Source of the DNA: Candidatus Dormiibacterota bacterium
Lineage (GTDB): Bacteria; Chloroflexota; Dormibacteria; Dormibacterales; Dormibacteraceae
Direction: 5' to 3'
Assembly (NCBI GenBank): GCA_035934385.1
Contig: DASYXY010000030.1
Location: 374 to 64,373, forward strand
Length of the DNA: 64,000 nucleotides
Part shown: positions 9,374-19,581 of the stretch, one piece after another
Position numbering within the stretch: position 1 is the first letter of the stretch
Layout of the letters: each line of letters starts with the position of its first letter
Made by a program: the position numbers and the translations under genes
The notes under the pieces: generated by a model
Told to the model about the DNA's origin: nothing
The model's input: only the letters and a program-made list of their open reading frames with translations
Database searches by the model: none

Positions 9374-9865
9374 ATGCCATCTGACGGGCTGATCGTCGGC
9401 ATCGACCCAGGGCTCGCCGGCACCGGCTTCGCCCTGCTCGCCGAGCCCAACCGCGTGGTGGCCTGCGGCACTGTCTCGACCATCCCCGGCCGCGAGGGCC
9501 CCCGCCTCGTCGCCATCGCGAATCATCTCAGGGCCCTGATCACCGAACACCATCCCTCGGAGGCGTCACTCGAAGAGTTGTTCATGGGTCGCAACGCCAC
9601 GAGCGCGATCGGTGTCGCGCAGGCCCGCGGCGCGATCCTGGCCGTGCTCGAGGAGTGCCACGTTCCGGTGTTCGAGTACAAACCTTCGCAGGTGAAGATC
9701 GTGCTCACCGGCTACGGCAAGGCCGACAAGTCGCAGATCCAGCGCATGCTCGCGGCGCAGGTGCAACTGCCGGCGGGGAAGTTGGACGAGCACGCGCGCG
9801 ATGCGATCGCCATCGCGGTCTGTCATGCAAGAAGCCGGAAGTTCAACGGTGCGCGCGCGCATTGA
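9374..9865 (+). CDS. ruvC: Holliday junction resolvase RuvC
   Basis: IVGIDPGLAGTGFALL..., EELF, and DAIAIAVCHA catalytic-acid motifs. Confidence 0.9.
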   Translation: MPSDGLIVGIDPGLAGTGFALLAEPNRVVACGTVSTIPGREGPRLVAIANHLRALITEHHPSEASLEELFMGRNATSAIGVAQARGAILAVLEECHVPVFEYKPSQVKIVLTGYGKADKSQIQRMLAAQVQLPAGKLDEHARDAIAIAVCHARSRKFNGARAH

Positions 9866-10464
9866 TCGCGCACCTCAGCGGTAAGGTGAGGCGCACGGCT
9901 CCCGACTATGTCGTGCTCGACGTGGGTGGAGTGGGCTACCTGGTCAGCATCGCGGCCGGCACGCGCCAGCAGGTGCCCGCGCCAGGCGGAGCGCTCGAGC
10001 TTCACATCCATACCCACGTGCGCGAGGACCAGCTTTCTCTCTACGGGTTCAGCTCGGCCGAAGAGCTCGAGCTGTTCGAGATGCTGATCGGGGTCGACGG
10101 CGTCGGCCCCAAGGTCGGACTCAACATCCTGAGCGCGGCGAGCATCGAGGTGCTGAAGCGCGCGATCATTGCCGAGGACCCAACGCCGATTCGCCGCGCA
10201 ACCGGAGTGGGTCAGCGCACGGCGGCCAAGGTGATCATCGAGCTGAAGCCGAAGCTCGACGCGGACGAGGCGCTCGCGGTTGTGCCGCGCGCCGTCGCCG
10301 CGTCAGGTGATGGCGTGGTGCCCAAATCGGTCGAGGCGGCGTTGCGCAACCTCGGCTTCTCCCCTCAGGAGGCGCGACTCGGCCTGGAAGCAGTTGACTG
10401 GAAGTCGTCTCCGACCAGCGAAGACGCGCTGGCCACTGCGCTGAAGGCGCTGGGCAAGAAGTAG
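9862..10464 (+). CDS. ruvA: Holliday junction helicase subunit RuvA
   Basis: TTG 9862 (TTGA overlap with the ruvC stop) gives LIAHLSGKVRR...YVVLDVGGVGY, the canonical RuvA N-terminus. The longer ORF-track version (9655) overlaps ruvC. Confidence 0.9.
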   Translation: MIAHLSGKVRRTAPDYVVLDVGGVGYLVSIAAGTRQQVPAPGGALELHIHTHVREDQLSLYGFSSAEELELFEMLIGVDGVGPKVGLNILSAASIEVLKRAIIAEDPTPIRRATGVGQRTAAKVIIELKPKLDADEALAVVPRAVAASGDGVVPKSVEAALRNLGFSPQEARLGLEAVDWKSSPTSEDALATALKALGKK

Positions 10465-11481
10465 ATGAGCACCGAGGATCGCGTCGTGGACGCGCGGGTT
10501 GACGACGAACAGTACGACCTGACGCTGCGCCCGCGCACTCTGTCCGAGTATGTCGGGCAGGCGCAGGTGCGCGAGAACCTCGGCATCCTTCTCGAGGCCG
10601 CGCGGCGCAGAGGCGAGCCCGTGGAGCACGTGCTCCTCTGCGGTCCGCCAGGTCTCGGCAAGACGACGCTCGCCCACATCATCGCCAACGAGCTCGGTGT
10701 CGCCATCAAGGTCAGCTCTGGCCCGGCCATCGACCACCAGGGCGCGCTGGGGTCGATCCTGCTGAACCTCTCGACTCGCGACGTGTTCTTCATCGACGAA
10801 ATACATCGCCTCAACAGCGTGGTCGAGGAATCGCTCTATCCCGCGCTGGAGGACTTTCGCTTCGACGCCGTGCTGGGCAAGGGTGTGGGGGCGAGCGCGG
10901 CAACCCTGCCTCTGCCGCATTTCACGTGCGTCGGCGCCACCACGCGCCAGGGCCTGCTCAGCGGGCCGCTGCGCGATCGCTTCGGCGCCGTGTACCGGCT
11001 CGACTTCTATTCGAAGGCCGAGCTGGAAAGCATCGTGCGGCGGTCGGCGCGCATCCTCGATATCGAGATCCACGAGGAGGCGGTTTCAGAGATCGCCCGG
11101 CGCGCGCGCGGCACACCCCGAATCGCCAACCGCTTGCTGAGACGTGTGCGGGACTACGCGCAGGTGCGTGGCGACGGACGCGCCACGGTCGAGGCGACCC
11201 GCGCCGGCCTCGCGATGCTCGACATCGACGAGATCGGCCTCGAGCCACTCGACCGCAGGCTGCTGGAGACGCTTATCAAGAAGTTCAAAGGCGGTCCAGT
11301 GGGCCTGGACACCATCGCGACCTCGCTGTCGGAGGAGCCCGAGACGATCGAGGACGTACATGAGCCGTACCTGATCCAGATCGGGTTCATGGCTCGCACC
11401 GCGCGCGGGCGGGTGGCCACCGACCTGGCCTATGAGCACCTCGGGGAGCAGCCCCCGCAGACCCAGGCGCGCCTACTCTAA
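10465..11481 (+). CDS. ruvB: Holliday junction helicase RuvB
   Basis: Walker [36 protein letters not shown]. Confidence 0.95.
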   Translation: MSTEDRVVDARVDDEQYDLTLRPRTLSEYVGQAQVRENLGILLEAARRRGEPVEHVLLCGPPGLGKTTLAHIIANELGVAIKVSSGPAIDHQGALGSILLNLSTRDVFFIDEIHRLNSVVEESLYPALEDFRFDAVLGKGVGASAATLPLPHFTCVGATTRQGLLSGPLRDRFGAVYRLDFYSKAELESIVRRSARILDIEIHEEAVSEIARRARGTPRIANRLLRRVRDYAQVRGDGRATVEATRAGLAMLDIDEIGLEPLDRRLLETLIKKFKGGPVGLDTIATSLSEEPETIEDVHEPYLIQIGFMARTARGRVATDLAYEHLGEQPPQTQARLL

Positions 11482-11486
11482 GAGGC

Positions 11487-11693
11487 ATGGCCGAAGCCGG
11501 CCGGATCCTCCTGATATTCGGCGTGCTCATCTGTCTGATCGGCGGAGGCTTGATGCTGTTTGGCCGGTTCCACCTCCCGGGTGACATCACCATCCGGAGC
11601 GGCAACGCGACCGTCTACATCCCGATCGCGACGAGCATCGTCCTCTCGGTAATCCTGACCGTGGTCCTCAACCTGCTGTTCCGGCAGCGGTAA
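11487..11693 (+). CDS. DUF2905-family small membrane protein
   Basis: 68 aa, two TM segments and the LPGDI motif typical of this family. Confidence 0.7.
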   Translation: MAEAGRILLIFGVLICLIGGGLMLFGRFHLPGDITIRSGNATVYIPIATSIVLSVILTVVLNLLFRQR

Positions 11694-11720
11694 CTCGGCT
11701 TTGCATAGACTTCACAGGCC

Positions 11721-13214
11721 GTGCAGTTAGTCCTCAGCTGGCCGATTCGGCTGTTGATCGTCGGATTGCTCCTGTTTTCGGTGGGCGTCGACGGCGCCGG
11801 CTACATATACCGGCTCGTCAACCACTACCCGCTGACGGGCAATGTCCCGAACCTGCCGCCGAACTACTTCGGCTGGCCGCTCTACATCCACCAGGGCCTC
11901 GACCTGGCCGGCGGGACCCACATCGACTACCAGCTGACCAACTTTCCGCCCGGTCAGAGCCGCGCGGACGTCCAGCAGCGCACGGTCGACGTGATCAACA
12001 AGCGCGTGAACGCGCTCGGCGTGAGCGAGCCCGAGATTCGCGGGGCAGGATCGCAGAACGACCGCATCACCGTGGACCTCGCCGGCGTGACAGCCGATCA
12101 GGCGCAGCGCGCGATCGGACGGATCACGAAGCTCGTCTACGCGATATGGGTGCCCGACGACAAGGTGACAAACGGTCCGGAACCTGGCTACAAGCCGCAG
12201 CTCGCCGGGTTGACGGGAGACGACATCCAGAGCGCCACTGCGGCGCTCGATCAGAACGGCGTGTCGTGGGTCGTCAACCTGACGTTCACGTCGCATGGCG
12301 GCGACGTCTTCTCGAAGCTGACCCAGGACAACGTCAACGCTTGTCCCGGCGATCCAGCGACCAGCCAAACGGCCAACTGCGCCCAGCGTCACCTGGCGAT
12401 CTGGCTCGATCTCACCCAGAACGACATCAACAACTGGGAGAACGCCGACTACGTGGGGACCGTCTCGCGGCCATGGGACGCGCCGCAGAACGCGAGCGAC
12501 CCCACGCCGAAGTTCCTCACCGACCCAATCACGATTGAGCAGATCACCGGTGGCCAGGCAGTGATCAGCGGCTCGTTCACGCAGGCCACCGCCAACGACC
12601 TGGCGACCGGAATCAACTCCGGATCGCTGCCGGTGACACTCGTCGTCCTGGATGTCACCCAGGTCGGGTCGACGCTCGGCGCCCAGTCGGTGAAGCTGAG
12701 CCTCGCGGCCGGCCTGCTCGGCCTCGCGATCGTGGTGATCTTCATGCTCGTCTACTACCGGCTGCCCGGCTTCCTTGCGAGCCTTGCCTTGCTCTTTTAC
12801 GCGGGCGCAGTCTTCGCCGTGTTCAAAGCCTTACCGGTCACGCTGACCCTGGCAGGCATCACTGGCTTCATCCTGTCTGTGGGCATGGCGGTCGACGCCA
12901 ACGTCCTGATCTTCGAACGCTTCAAAGAAGAAGTGAGGGCCGGCCGCACCATACCTGCCGCGGTCGACGCGGCGGTCCGGCGCGCATGGCCCGCCATCCG
13001 TGACTCGAACACGTCGACTCTTATCACGTGCGTGATCCTCGGCTTTGTCGGACCTGCGCCGGTGAAGGGTTTCGCAATCGTCCTCGGCATTGGTGTCATC
13101 GCGAGCCTGATCTCTTCGATCATCGTGACCCACAACCTGCTGGCGATCGTTCTGGCCTCGACCAGCTTCCGCCGGCCTGCGCTACTGGGAGTCGACCGTG
13201 CTCGATCCAGCTGA
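11721..13214 (+). CDS. secD: protein translocase subunit SecD
   Basis: N-terminal TM, large periplasmic domain, C-terminal 5-TM block (GFILSVGMAVDANVLIFERFKEE). Confidence 0.9.
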   Translation: MQLVLSWPIRLLIVGLLLFSVGVDGAGYIYRLVNHYPLTGNVPNLPPNYFGWPLYIHQGLDLAGGTHIDYQLTNFPPGQSRADVQQRTVDVINKRVNALGVSEPEIRGAGSQNDRITVDLAGVTADQAQRAIGRITKLVYAIWVPDDKVTNGPEPGYKPQLAGLTGDDIQSATAALDQNGVSWVVNLTFTSHGGDVFSKLTQDNVNACPGDPATSQTANCAQRHLAIWLDLTQNDINNWENADYVGTVSRPWDAPQNASDPTPKFLTDPITIEQITGGQAVISGSFTQATANDLATGINSGSLPVTLVVLDVTQVGSTLGAQSVKLSLAAGLLGLAIVVIFMLVYYRLPGFLASLALLFYAGAVFAVFKALPVTLTLAGITGFILSVGMAVDANVLIFERFKEEVRAGRTIPAAVDAAVRRAWPAIRDSNTSTLITCVILGFVGPAPVKGFAIVLGIGVIASLISSIIVTHNLLAIVLASTSFRRPALLGVDRARSS

Positions 13215-14253
13215 GGAGAGGGACGCGCCGAGCACCGATGAAGCCGAAGCGGACGAGGATGAAGACCTCGTAGCTGAAGAGGCCGTCGAAGAACTCGAGG
13301 AAGAGCAAGAGCAGCCGGCTCCGGTGAAAGCCACGGAGCCACCCAGGGTCCGTCGCCTCGACATCGTCGGGCGCCGCAACTGGTTCTTCCTGCTCTCCCT
13401 GCTGATCATCATCCCGGGCATCGTCTCGATGAGCACCCGGCACTTTCTGCTGGGCATCGACTTCGCAGGTGGCACCGAGTTCACGGTCAGCTTCTCCAGC
13501 AACACGACAGTCACGGAGGTTGAGAACGCTGTTTCCGGCTTGAACATCGACGGGACCGTCATCGCGACAGGTTCCGGCGGGTACATCATCCGCACCCCGC
13601 CGCTCTCACCAGCAGCTCAGAAGAACGTCGAGGACGGGCTCCAGCGATCGCTGGGCACGATGCAGCTGCAGCAGGTGCTCGAGGTGGGGGGCACGATCGC
13701 GCGGGAGACCATTGAGTTCGCCCTCCTGGCGGTGGTGCTCGCTTCGCTGGCGATCCTGTTGCTGTTGGCGATCCGATTCCGGAATGTGCCTGGTGGATGG
13801 CGCGCAGGATTCCAGTTCGGCGGATCGGCTCTAGCCGCGTTGCTGCACGACGTGTTCTTGCTGACCGGACTTTTCTCGATCATGGGCGCGGTGTTGCAGC
13901 TGCGCATCGGACAGATAGACAGCCTGTTCGTCACGGCCGTCCTCACGGTGGTCGGCTTCTCGGTGCATGACACCATCGTCGTCTTCGACCGGATTCGCGA
14001 GAACCTGCGCGTGAGCCAGAGGCTGTCGTTCGAGCAGGTCGTGAACCTCAGCATCATGCAGACGGCAGCGCGATCGATCATCACGAGCTTCACCGTCGTG
14101 CTCGTCCTGGCGGCGATCCTGATCGCCGGCGGGTCGACGCTGAAGGGTTTCGCCCTCGCCCTCCTCATCGGCATCGTGTCCGGCACCTACAGCTCGATCT
14201 TCAATGCCGCGCCGCTGCTGGTCGTCTGGAGGCGACTGCAGCCTGTTCGATAG
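13198..14253 (+). CDS. secF: protein translocase subunit SecF (alternative start GTG 13324)
   Basis: LDIVGRRNWFFLLSLL..., HDTIVVFDRIREN. The first ~42 codons from GTG 13198 encode an unusually acidic tail. Confidence 0.9.
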   Translation: MLDPAEERDAPSTDEAEADEDEDLVAEEAVEELEEEQEQPAPVKATEPPRVRRLDIVGRRNWFFLLSLLIIIPGIVSMSTRHFLLGIDFAGGTEFTVSFSSNTTVTEVENAVSGLNIDGTVIATGSGGYIIRTPPLSPAAQKNVEDGLQRSLGTMQLQQVLEVGGTIARETIEFALLAVVLASLAILLLLAIRFRNVPGGWRAGFQFGGSALAALLHDVFLLTGLFSIMGAVLQLRIGQIDSLFVTAVLTVVGFSVHDTIVVFDRIRENLRVSQRLSFEQVVNLSIMQTAARSIITSFTVVLVLAAILIAGGSTLKGFALALLIGIVSGTYSSIFNAAPLLVVWRRLQPVR

Positions 14254-14267
14254 AGCTGAAAAGTTGT

Positions 14268-14290
14268 GTGGCCCGGGTTTCCCGGGCCAC
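14268..14290 (+). terminator. terminator-like perfect hairpin after secF (no U-tract)
   Basis: GTGGCCCGGG / ttt / CCCGGGCCAC, 14 nt after the secF stop. A second hairpin, ACAAGGGGG/tctgc/CCCCCTTGT, lies at 14341-14363. Confidence 0.4.
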
Positions 14291-14401
14291 CTCCCGCAAA
14301 CACCGCAAGCCATACCGGGTCGGTGGACGGGGGGTTCACCACAAGGGGGTCTGCCCCCCTTGTGCAACTTGTAAGGTAGAAGCAGGAAGCTGCTTACAAA
14401 A

Positions 14402-14872
14402 ATGCCGACCTGGCCAATAACGTCGATCAGAGCGCTGCTCGAGCCCACGCTCGAACACATGGGCTACGAGCTATACGCGCTGGAGCAATCGGGCCAGTCG
14501 GGGCGCACGCTGCGCGTGTCGATAGACAGGGTCGAGCCGATCACGATCGACGACTGCGAGCGCGTGAGCCGCGTCATCGGACCTCTGCTCGACAACTCCT
14601 CGCTGGTCCCTGGACCGTACGACCTCGAGGTCTCCTCGCCCGGCGCCGAGCGGCCCCTGCGTGGAAAAGAGGACTACCAGCGTTTCAATGGCAAGCGAGT
14701 GAATGTGCGCTATCGGTCCGGGCAGACGGAAACAGTCGTGGAAGGCCAGCTCGTCGCCGTCGACGGCGCCGGCATCGCGGTTCAGTCGCAGGGTCAGCGC
14801 GGGCGCGCGCCAGTGATCGTTCACATCGGATGGGATGACGTTGCCTCGGGCAGGCTCGCGGTCAGTCTCTGA
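14402..14872 (+). CDS. rimP: ribosome maturation factor RimP
   Basis: LLEPTLEHMGYELYALE...LEVSSPGAERPL motif. It lies upstream of nusA. Confidence 0.9.
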   Translation: MPTWPITSIRALLEPTLEHMGYELYALEQSGQSGRTLRVSIDRVEPITIDDCERVSRVIGPLLDNSSLVPGPYDLEVSSPGAERPLRGKEDYQRFNGKRVNVRYRSGQTETVVEGQLVAVDGAGIAVQSQGQRGRAPVIVHIGWDDVASGRLAVSL

Positions 14873-15875
14873 ACCGTCCACCGGCAGCCTCGCGGACGCG
14901 CTGAACGCGCTCTGCGCAGAGCTGGGCATTCCATTGCCCGAGATGCTTCGCACCGTTGAGGACGCGCTGGCCGCCGCCTACATCAGGGCTTTCAGCCCGC
15001 CTGGATTCGTGACCGTGAAGCTCGACACGGCCACCGGCGCGCTGAATGTAACCAGCCGCGTCCGCGATGCGAGCGGCAACGAGACCGTGGTCGCCCTGCC
15101 CTCTGAGGAGTTCAAACGCATGGCCGCTCAAACCGCCAAGCACGCGGTCCTGCGCCACATCCACGACCTCGAGCGCGACAAGGTCCTGCGCGAAGTTTCT
15201 GAGCATCGGGGTGAATTGGCCACGGGCGTGATCGATCGCATCGAAGGCGGGACTGTCTACATCGACCTGGGCCGCGCCGAGGGCGTTATGCCCACCGAGG
15301 AGCAGATCCCGGGCGAGCAGCTGCATCCCGGACGGCCCGTGCTGGTCGTGATCCTCGACCCCCAGCGCAATCACCGGCAGGCGCAGGTGCGCGTGTCGCG
15401 CGCAGCGCGTTCGTTCGTTCATCGCCTGCTGGAGGCGGAGGTCCCAGAGATCAAGGCGGGCACCGTGGAGATTCGCGCGCTGGCGCGTGAGCCCGGCTTG
15501 CGCAGCAAGATCGCCGTTTACTCCAACGAGCCGGGGCTGGACCCTGTTGGGGCCTGCGTCGGACCGAAGGGCGTGCGCCACCGTGCGATCCTCAGCGAGC
15601 TGGCGAGCGAGCACGTCGACATCGTTCCCTGGTTCGAGGACCCCGAGGCGTTCGTGGCCGCTGCGCTCGGGCCGGCCAAGGTCGAGTCGGTTTCGATCGA
15701 CCGTTCGACGCGAACGGCCACGGTCATGGTGCCGCGCACGCAGCTCTCGCTGGCGATCGGCCGGGATGGGCAGAACGCCCGGCTGGCAGCCAAGCTCACC
15801 GGCTTCCGGATCGACATCAAGCCCAGCGACTCAGACCCACTGGTCGATGCCGAAGCGGCGACACCAGCCGGTTAG
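14835..15875 (+). CDS. nusA: transcription termination/antitermination factor NusA
   Basis: N-terminal domain (EDALAAAYIRAF), S1 and two KH domains (GACVGPKGVRHRAI, LAIGRDGQNARLAAKLTG). Confidence 0.9.
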   Translation: MTLPRAGSRSVSEPSTGSLADALNALCAELGIPLPEMLRTVEDALAAAYIRAFSPPGFVTVKLDTATGALNVTSRVRDASGNETVVALPSEEFKRMAAQTAKHAVLRHIHDLERDKVLREVSEHRGELATGVIDRIEGGTVYIDLGRAEGVMPTEEQIPGEQLHPGRPVLVVILDPQRNHRQAQVRVSRAARSFVHRLLEAEVPEIKAGTVEIRALAREPGLRSKIAVYSNEPGLDPVGACVGPKGVRHRAILSELASEHVDIVPWFEDPEAFVAAALGPAKVESVSIDRSTRTATVMVPRTQLSLAIGRDGQNARLAAKLTGFRIDIKPSDSDPLVDAEAATPAG

Positions 15876-16098
15876 GACCTGCATCGCCTGCAGGCAGGAG
15901 GCCGGCAAGGGCGAGCTGGTCCGGCTCGTGCGCGTGGCGGACGGGTCGGCGGCGGTCGACCGGACCGGACATTTGCCGGGCAGGGGCGCCTATTTGCACC
16001 ACAATCAGGAGTGCGTCGAAACCGCGCGCAAGCGCCGCCAGCTGGAGAGGTCGCTGGGCGCCGCGGTGCCGCAGGAGCTCTGGGCCGAACTCGGCTGA
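15847..16098 (+). CDS. ylxR: YlxR/RnpM (DUF448) RNA-binding protein
   Basis: ATG 15847 gives MPKRRHQPVRTCIACRQEAGKGELVRLV...GRGAYLHHNQEC. The longer ORF-track form overlaps nusA. Confidence 0.85.
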   Translation: MPKRRHQPVRTCIACRQEAGKGELVRLVRVADGSAAVDRTGHLPGRGAYLHHNQECVETARKRRQLERSLGAAVPQELWAELG

Positions 16099-16140
16099 GA
16101 TTGGTCCCCGGCGGCGTTGGGGATAATTAGAGGTTCCTAG

Positions 16141-18123
16141 ATGAAAGCTCACGAACTCGCACGCGAACTCGGCATCAGCCAGAAGGAGCTGGTGAACTTC
16201 CTCCAGCAGAGGCGGCTGACCCGCAACGCAGCGGCGCCGCTGGCTCCGGGGGCGATCGAGGCCGCCCGCTCGGCTTTCAAGCCGACGTCGGTGGCGGTCA
16301 AGATCGAGCCCAACGGTGACCGCAGGGTAGTTCTGCCGCCGACCCTGACCGTCAAGGACCTCGCCGACAAGCTGTCCGTGAGCCCGGTCGAGGTCATCAA
16401 GAAGCTGATGGCCTCCAAGATCCTGGCGACCATCAACCAGGTCATCGACTACGCCACGGCCGAGATCGTTGCAGACGAGTTCGGTTACACCGTCGATCCC
16501 GTGGCCAGCGAGGACGTGATCGCCGTCGAGTCAGCCGAGGGCGAGGGCGACGTCGTCACCACCTCGCGCGAAGAGCTGTTCTCCCTTGCCAACGAGGACC
16601 CCAGCAAGCTCGTCGCCAGGCCGCCGATCGTCACCGTGATGGGCCACGTCGACCACGGCAAGACTTCGATTCTCGACTCCATCCGGAAGACACGCGTGGC
16701 GGCGGGCGAGGCCGGTGGCATCACCCAGCGCATCGGCGCCTACCGAATCGAGACCGCGGACGGGCACCCCGTCGTGTTCATCGACACGCCGGGCCATGAG
16801 GCGTTCACAGCGATGCGGGCCCGCGGCGCGCAGGTCACCGACCTGGTGGTGCTCGTGGTCGCCGCTGACGACGGCGTCATGCCGCAGACGGTGGAGGCGA
16901 TCCAGCACGCGCGGGCCGCGAGGGTGCCGATCATCGTCGCCATCAACAAGATCGACAAGGACAACGCCAATGTCGACCGCGTGCATCAGGAGCTCGCTGC
17001 GCAAGGAATCGTCACGCGCCACTACGGCGGTGAGTACGAATGCGTGCACCTCAGCGCCCGCACTGGCCAGGGCGTCGAGGACCTGCTGACCACCATCGTC
17101 CTGGCCTCCGACATTCTCGAGCTGAAGGCGAATCCCGACCGCAATGCGATCGGCACGATCGTCGACGCGCACCTCGAGCGAGGTCGAGGCCCGGTGGCCA
17201 CCGTGCTCGTGCAGGCGGGCACGCTCAAGGTCGGCGACGACTTCGTGTGCGGCCACATCTACGGGCGCGTGCGCGCCCTGTCGGACGACCGGGGACGAAG
17301 CGTCGACCAGGCGCCGCCGGCCACGCCGGTGGTCGTGTCCGGCATGAGCGAGGTGCCGCAGGCCGGCGACATCTTCCAGGTGGTCGGCTCCGAGAAGGCC
17401 GCGCGTCAGATCGCGCTCACCAAGCTCATGGAACGCCGCTCGCAGGAAGCTGCGCGCGACGTCGCGCCTCGCATCACGCTCGAAGAGCTCGCCCGCCGCG
17501 CCAAGGAAGGCGAGGTCAAGGAGCTCAGCCTCGTCGTCAAGGCCGACGCCCAGGGGACGCTCGAGGCGCTCCTTGCCGCGCTGCAAAAGATCGAAGACCC
17601 GGTGGTGGCGATCAAGGTCGTCGGGCAGGGCGTGGGTCAGGTCAGCGACTCGGACCTGCTGCTCGCCGGCGTCTCGAACGCGATCATCGTCTGCTTCAAC
17701 CTCAAGGCCACGCCCGCGTCGCAGGCGGCGGCGGAGAAGGCGAAGGTCGAGGTCCGCTATTACGACGTCATCTACAAGCTGACCGAGGACGTCGAGCGGG
17801 CCGCGAAGGGCCTCCGCGAGCCAACCTACCGGCAGATCCGCGAGGGCAGGGTCGAGGTGATCACGCCGATCAAGATCCCACGCCTCGGGATCATCGCCGG
17901 CAGCCGCGTTCTCGAGGGCAAGGTCAGCCGAGGCGGCTGGGTAAAGCTGTTCCGCGCGAAGGAGCTCCTTCACGAGGGCAGGATCAGCTCGCTCAAGCAC
18001 TTCAAAGAAGATGTCCGCGAGATGCCGGCGGGGCAGGAGTGCGGCATCGGGCTCGAAGGCTTCGAGGCCTTCACGGCGGGGGACACGATGGAGACTTATC
18101 GCCTCGAGCGCGAAGAAATCTAG
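16141..18123 (+). CDS. infB: translation initiation factor IF-2
   Basis: IF2-N ([13 protein letters not shown]), G domain ([21 protein letters not shown]). Confidence 0.95.
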   Translation: MKAHELARELGISQKELVNFLQQRRLTRNAAAPLAPGAIEAARSAFKPTSVAVKIEPNGDRRVVLPPTLTVKDLADKLSVSPVEVIKKLMASKILATINQVIDYATAEIVADEFGYTVDPVASEDVIAVESAEGEGDVVTTSREELFSLANEDPSKLVARPPIVTVMGHVDHGKTSILDSIRKTRVAAGEAGGITQRIGAYRIETADGHPVVFIDTPGHEAFTAMRARGAQVTDLVVLVVAADDGVMPQTVEAIQHARAARVPIIVAINKIDKDNANVDRVHQELAAQGIVTRHYGGEYECVHLSARTGQGVEDLLTTIVLASDILELKANPDRNAIGTIVDAHLERGRGPVATVLVQAGTLKVGDDFVCGHIYGRVRALSDDRGRSVDQAPPATPVVVSGMSEVPQAGDIFQVVGSEKAARQIALTKLMERRSQEAARDVAPRITLEELARRAKEGEVKELSLVVKADAQGTLEALLAALQKIEDPVVAIKVVGQGVGQVSDSDLLLAGVSNAIIVCFNLKATPASQAAAEKAKVEVRYYDVIYKLTEDVERAAKGLREPTYRQIREGRVEVITPIKIPRLGIIAGSRVLEGKVSRGGWVKLFRAKELLHEGRISSLKHFKEDVREMPAGQECGIGLEGFEAFTAGDTMETYRLEREEI

Positions 18124-18151
18124 TCTCGTATTGACGCTATCGGAGGCTGCG

Positions 18152-18580
18152 ATGACCAGCTACCGCACCGACCAGGTCGGCGAGCAGGTGCGTGAGGAGA
18201 TCATGTCGATCATCAGGCGCGACCTGAAGGATCCTCGCATCGGCTTCGTCAGCATCACCGCGGTCCGCATGTCGCCGGACCTTCGGCAGGCGCGCGTCCG
18301 CGTCAGCGTGCTTGGTGATCCGGACCAGAAGAAGGCGTCGCTGCAGGGTTTGATCTCGGCCAAGGGCCTCATCCGTCACGAGCTGGGGCGGCGGCTCGAG
18401 AACCTGAAGTTCTCGCCAGAGCTGCGATTCGAGCTGGACCCGTCGATCGAGTACAGCGCCCACATCAACGAGCTGCTCAAGGCAGTCCTACCCGCGACTG
18501 AGGGTTCGGATCCGGGGTCCCCACGAAATCTCGGCGGAGCCTCCGATTTCGTGGGGGACTCTGAGGGGGAGCAGACATAG
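18152..18580 (+). CDS. rbfA: ribosome-binding factor A
   Basis: ATG 18152 follows GGAGG (18143-18147). RTDQVGEQVREEIMSIIRRDLKDPRIGFVSIT is typical RbfA. Confidence 0.9.
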   Translation: MTSYRTDQVGEQVREEIMSIIRRDLKDPRIGFVSITAVRMSPDLRQARVRVSVLGDPDQKKASLQGLISAKGLIRHELGRRLENLKFSPELRFELDPSIEYSAHINELLKAVLPATEGSDPGSPRNLGGASDFVGDSEGEQT

Positions 18581-19581
18581 CCACCGCCCAGAGCGAGACC
18601 GGCGGTCTCTACGACCAGATCAAGGAGCTCATCGACTCCAACGACGAGATCCTGATCTTCGGCCACAAGGACGCCGACGGCGACACGCTGGGCTGCAGCC
18701 TCGCTTTCGCGGAGGCGCTGCGCACCGCGGGCAAGCACGTATGGGTGCTCATCCCGCACCCGCTCCCCGACATGTACTCGTTCCTACCGGGATTCGACGA
18801 CATCCACGAGGGCCCGCCGAGCGGTGTCGAGCCGCAGCTCGTTTTCTTCTTCGACTCCGGGAACCTGGAGCGCTCCGGCTCCACCGTAAAGCACATCGCC
18901 TCGAAGGCGACCATCGTCAACATCGACCATCACCCGTCGAACTCGCGCTTCGGCGACGTCAACGTCATCGATCCCGACGCTTCGGCGGTCGGGCAGATGG
19001 TGATGGACATGCTCGACCACTACGGCTACCGGATCACTCCGACGATCGCGACCAACCTCTACGTCGCGCTCCTCACCGACACCGGCGGCTTCCGTCACGA
19101 GAACACAACGGTGCGCGCGCTCGAGGACGCGGCGCGGCTCGCTAGCCTCGGTGCCGACCCCGGCCACATCGCGACCATGGTCTACAAGATGCGGCCCGAG
19201 ACGACCCTCAAGCTGAGCGGCATGGCCCTCGCCACGATGCGAGTCGAGATGCACGGCCGGCTGGCATGGGCCAAGGTGACGCGGCGCATGCTGCGCGAGG
19301 CGAACGCGGTCATGGCTGAGTCCGAAGGCATCATCGACACGCTCAACTCGATCGCCGGCCTGGAGCTCGCGATTCTATTCAAAGAGGTGCAGAGCGACCT
19401 GACAAAGATCAGCGTGCGCAGTCGCGGCGCGGTCGACGCCGCGGCGATGTGCGCGCTGTTTGGAGGCGGAGGACACATCCGCGCCGCGGGCGCCGAGATC
19501 GACAAGTCCATGGACGAAACGGTGAAGGTCGTTCTGGCCACGGCCAAGGAGGCGATCCTTGCCGCCTCAGTCAAGGCCTGA
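18577..19581 (+). CDS. nrnA: DHH/DHHA1 phosphoesterase (NrnA-like oligoribonuclease/pAp phosphatase), non-canonical start
   Basis: DHH motif I (ILIFGHKDADGDTLGCS) lies upstream of the first canonical start (GTG 18745). The frame opens at 18565. ATA 18577 overlaps the rbfA stop as ATAG. DHH, GGGH motifs lie downstream. Confidence 0.8.
   Translation: MATAQSETGGLYDQIKELIDSNDEILIFGHKDADGDTLGCSLAFAEALRTAGKHVWVLIPHPLPDMYSFLPGFDDIHEGPPSGVEPQLVFFFDSGNLERSGSTVKHIASKATIVNIDHHPSNSRFGDVNVIDPDASAVGQMVMDMLDHYGYRITPTIATNLYVALLTDTGGFRHENTTVRALEDAARLASLGADPGHIATMVYKMRPETTLKLSGMALATMRVEMHGRLAWAKVTRRMLREANAVMAESEGIIDTLNSIAGLELAILFKEVQSDLTKISVRSRGAVDAAAMCALFGGGGHIRAAGAEIDKSMDETVKVVLATAKEAILAASVKA

Noticed and set aside
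13198-13323. Highly acidic ~42-aa N-terminal extension of SecF (DAPSTDEAEADEDEDLVAEEAVEELEEEQEQ)
   Set aside because: An in-frame GTG at 13324 gives a normal SecF N-terminus (KATEPPRVRRLDIVGRRNWFF). The acidic stretch also has weaker GC3 bias than the surrounding genes. It cannot be decided from the sequence, so it is not promoted to a finding.
16531-18000. 489-aa ORF on the minus strand
   Set aside because: It is a shadow frame antisense to infB, with no recognisable motifs. infB is unambiguous.
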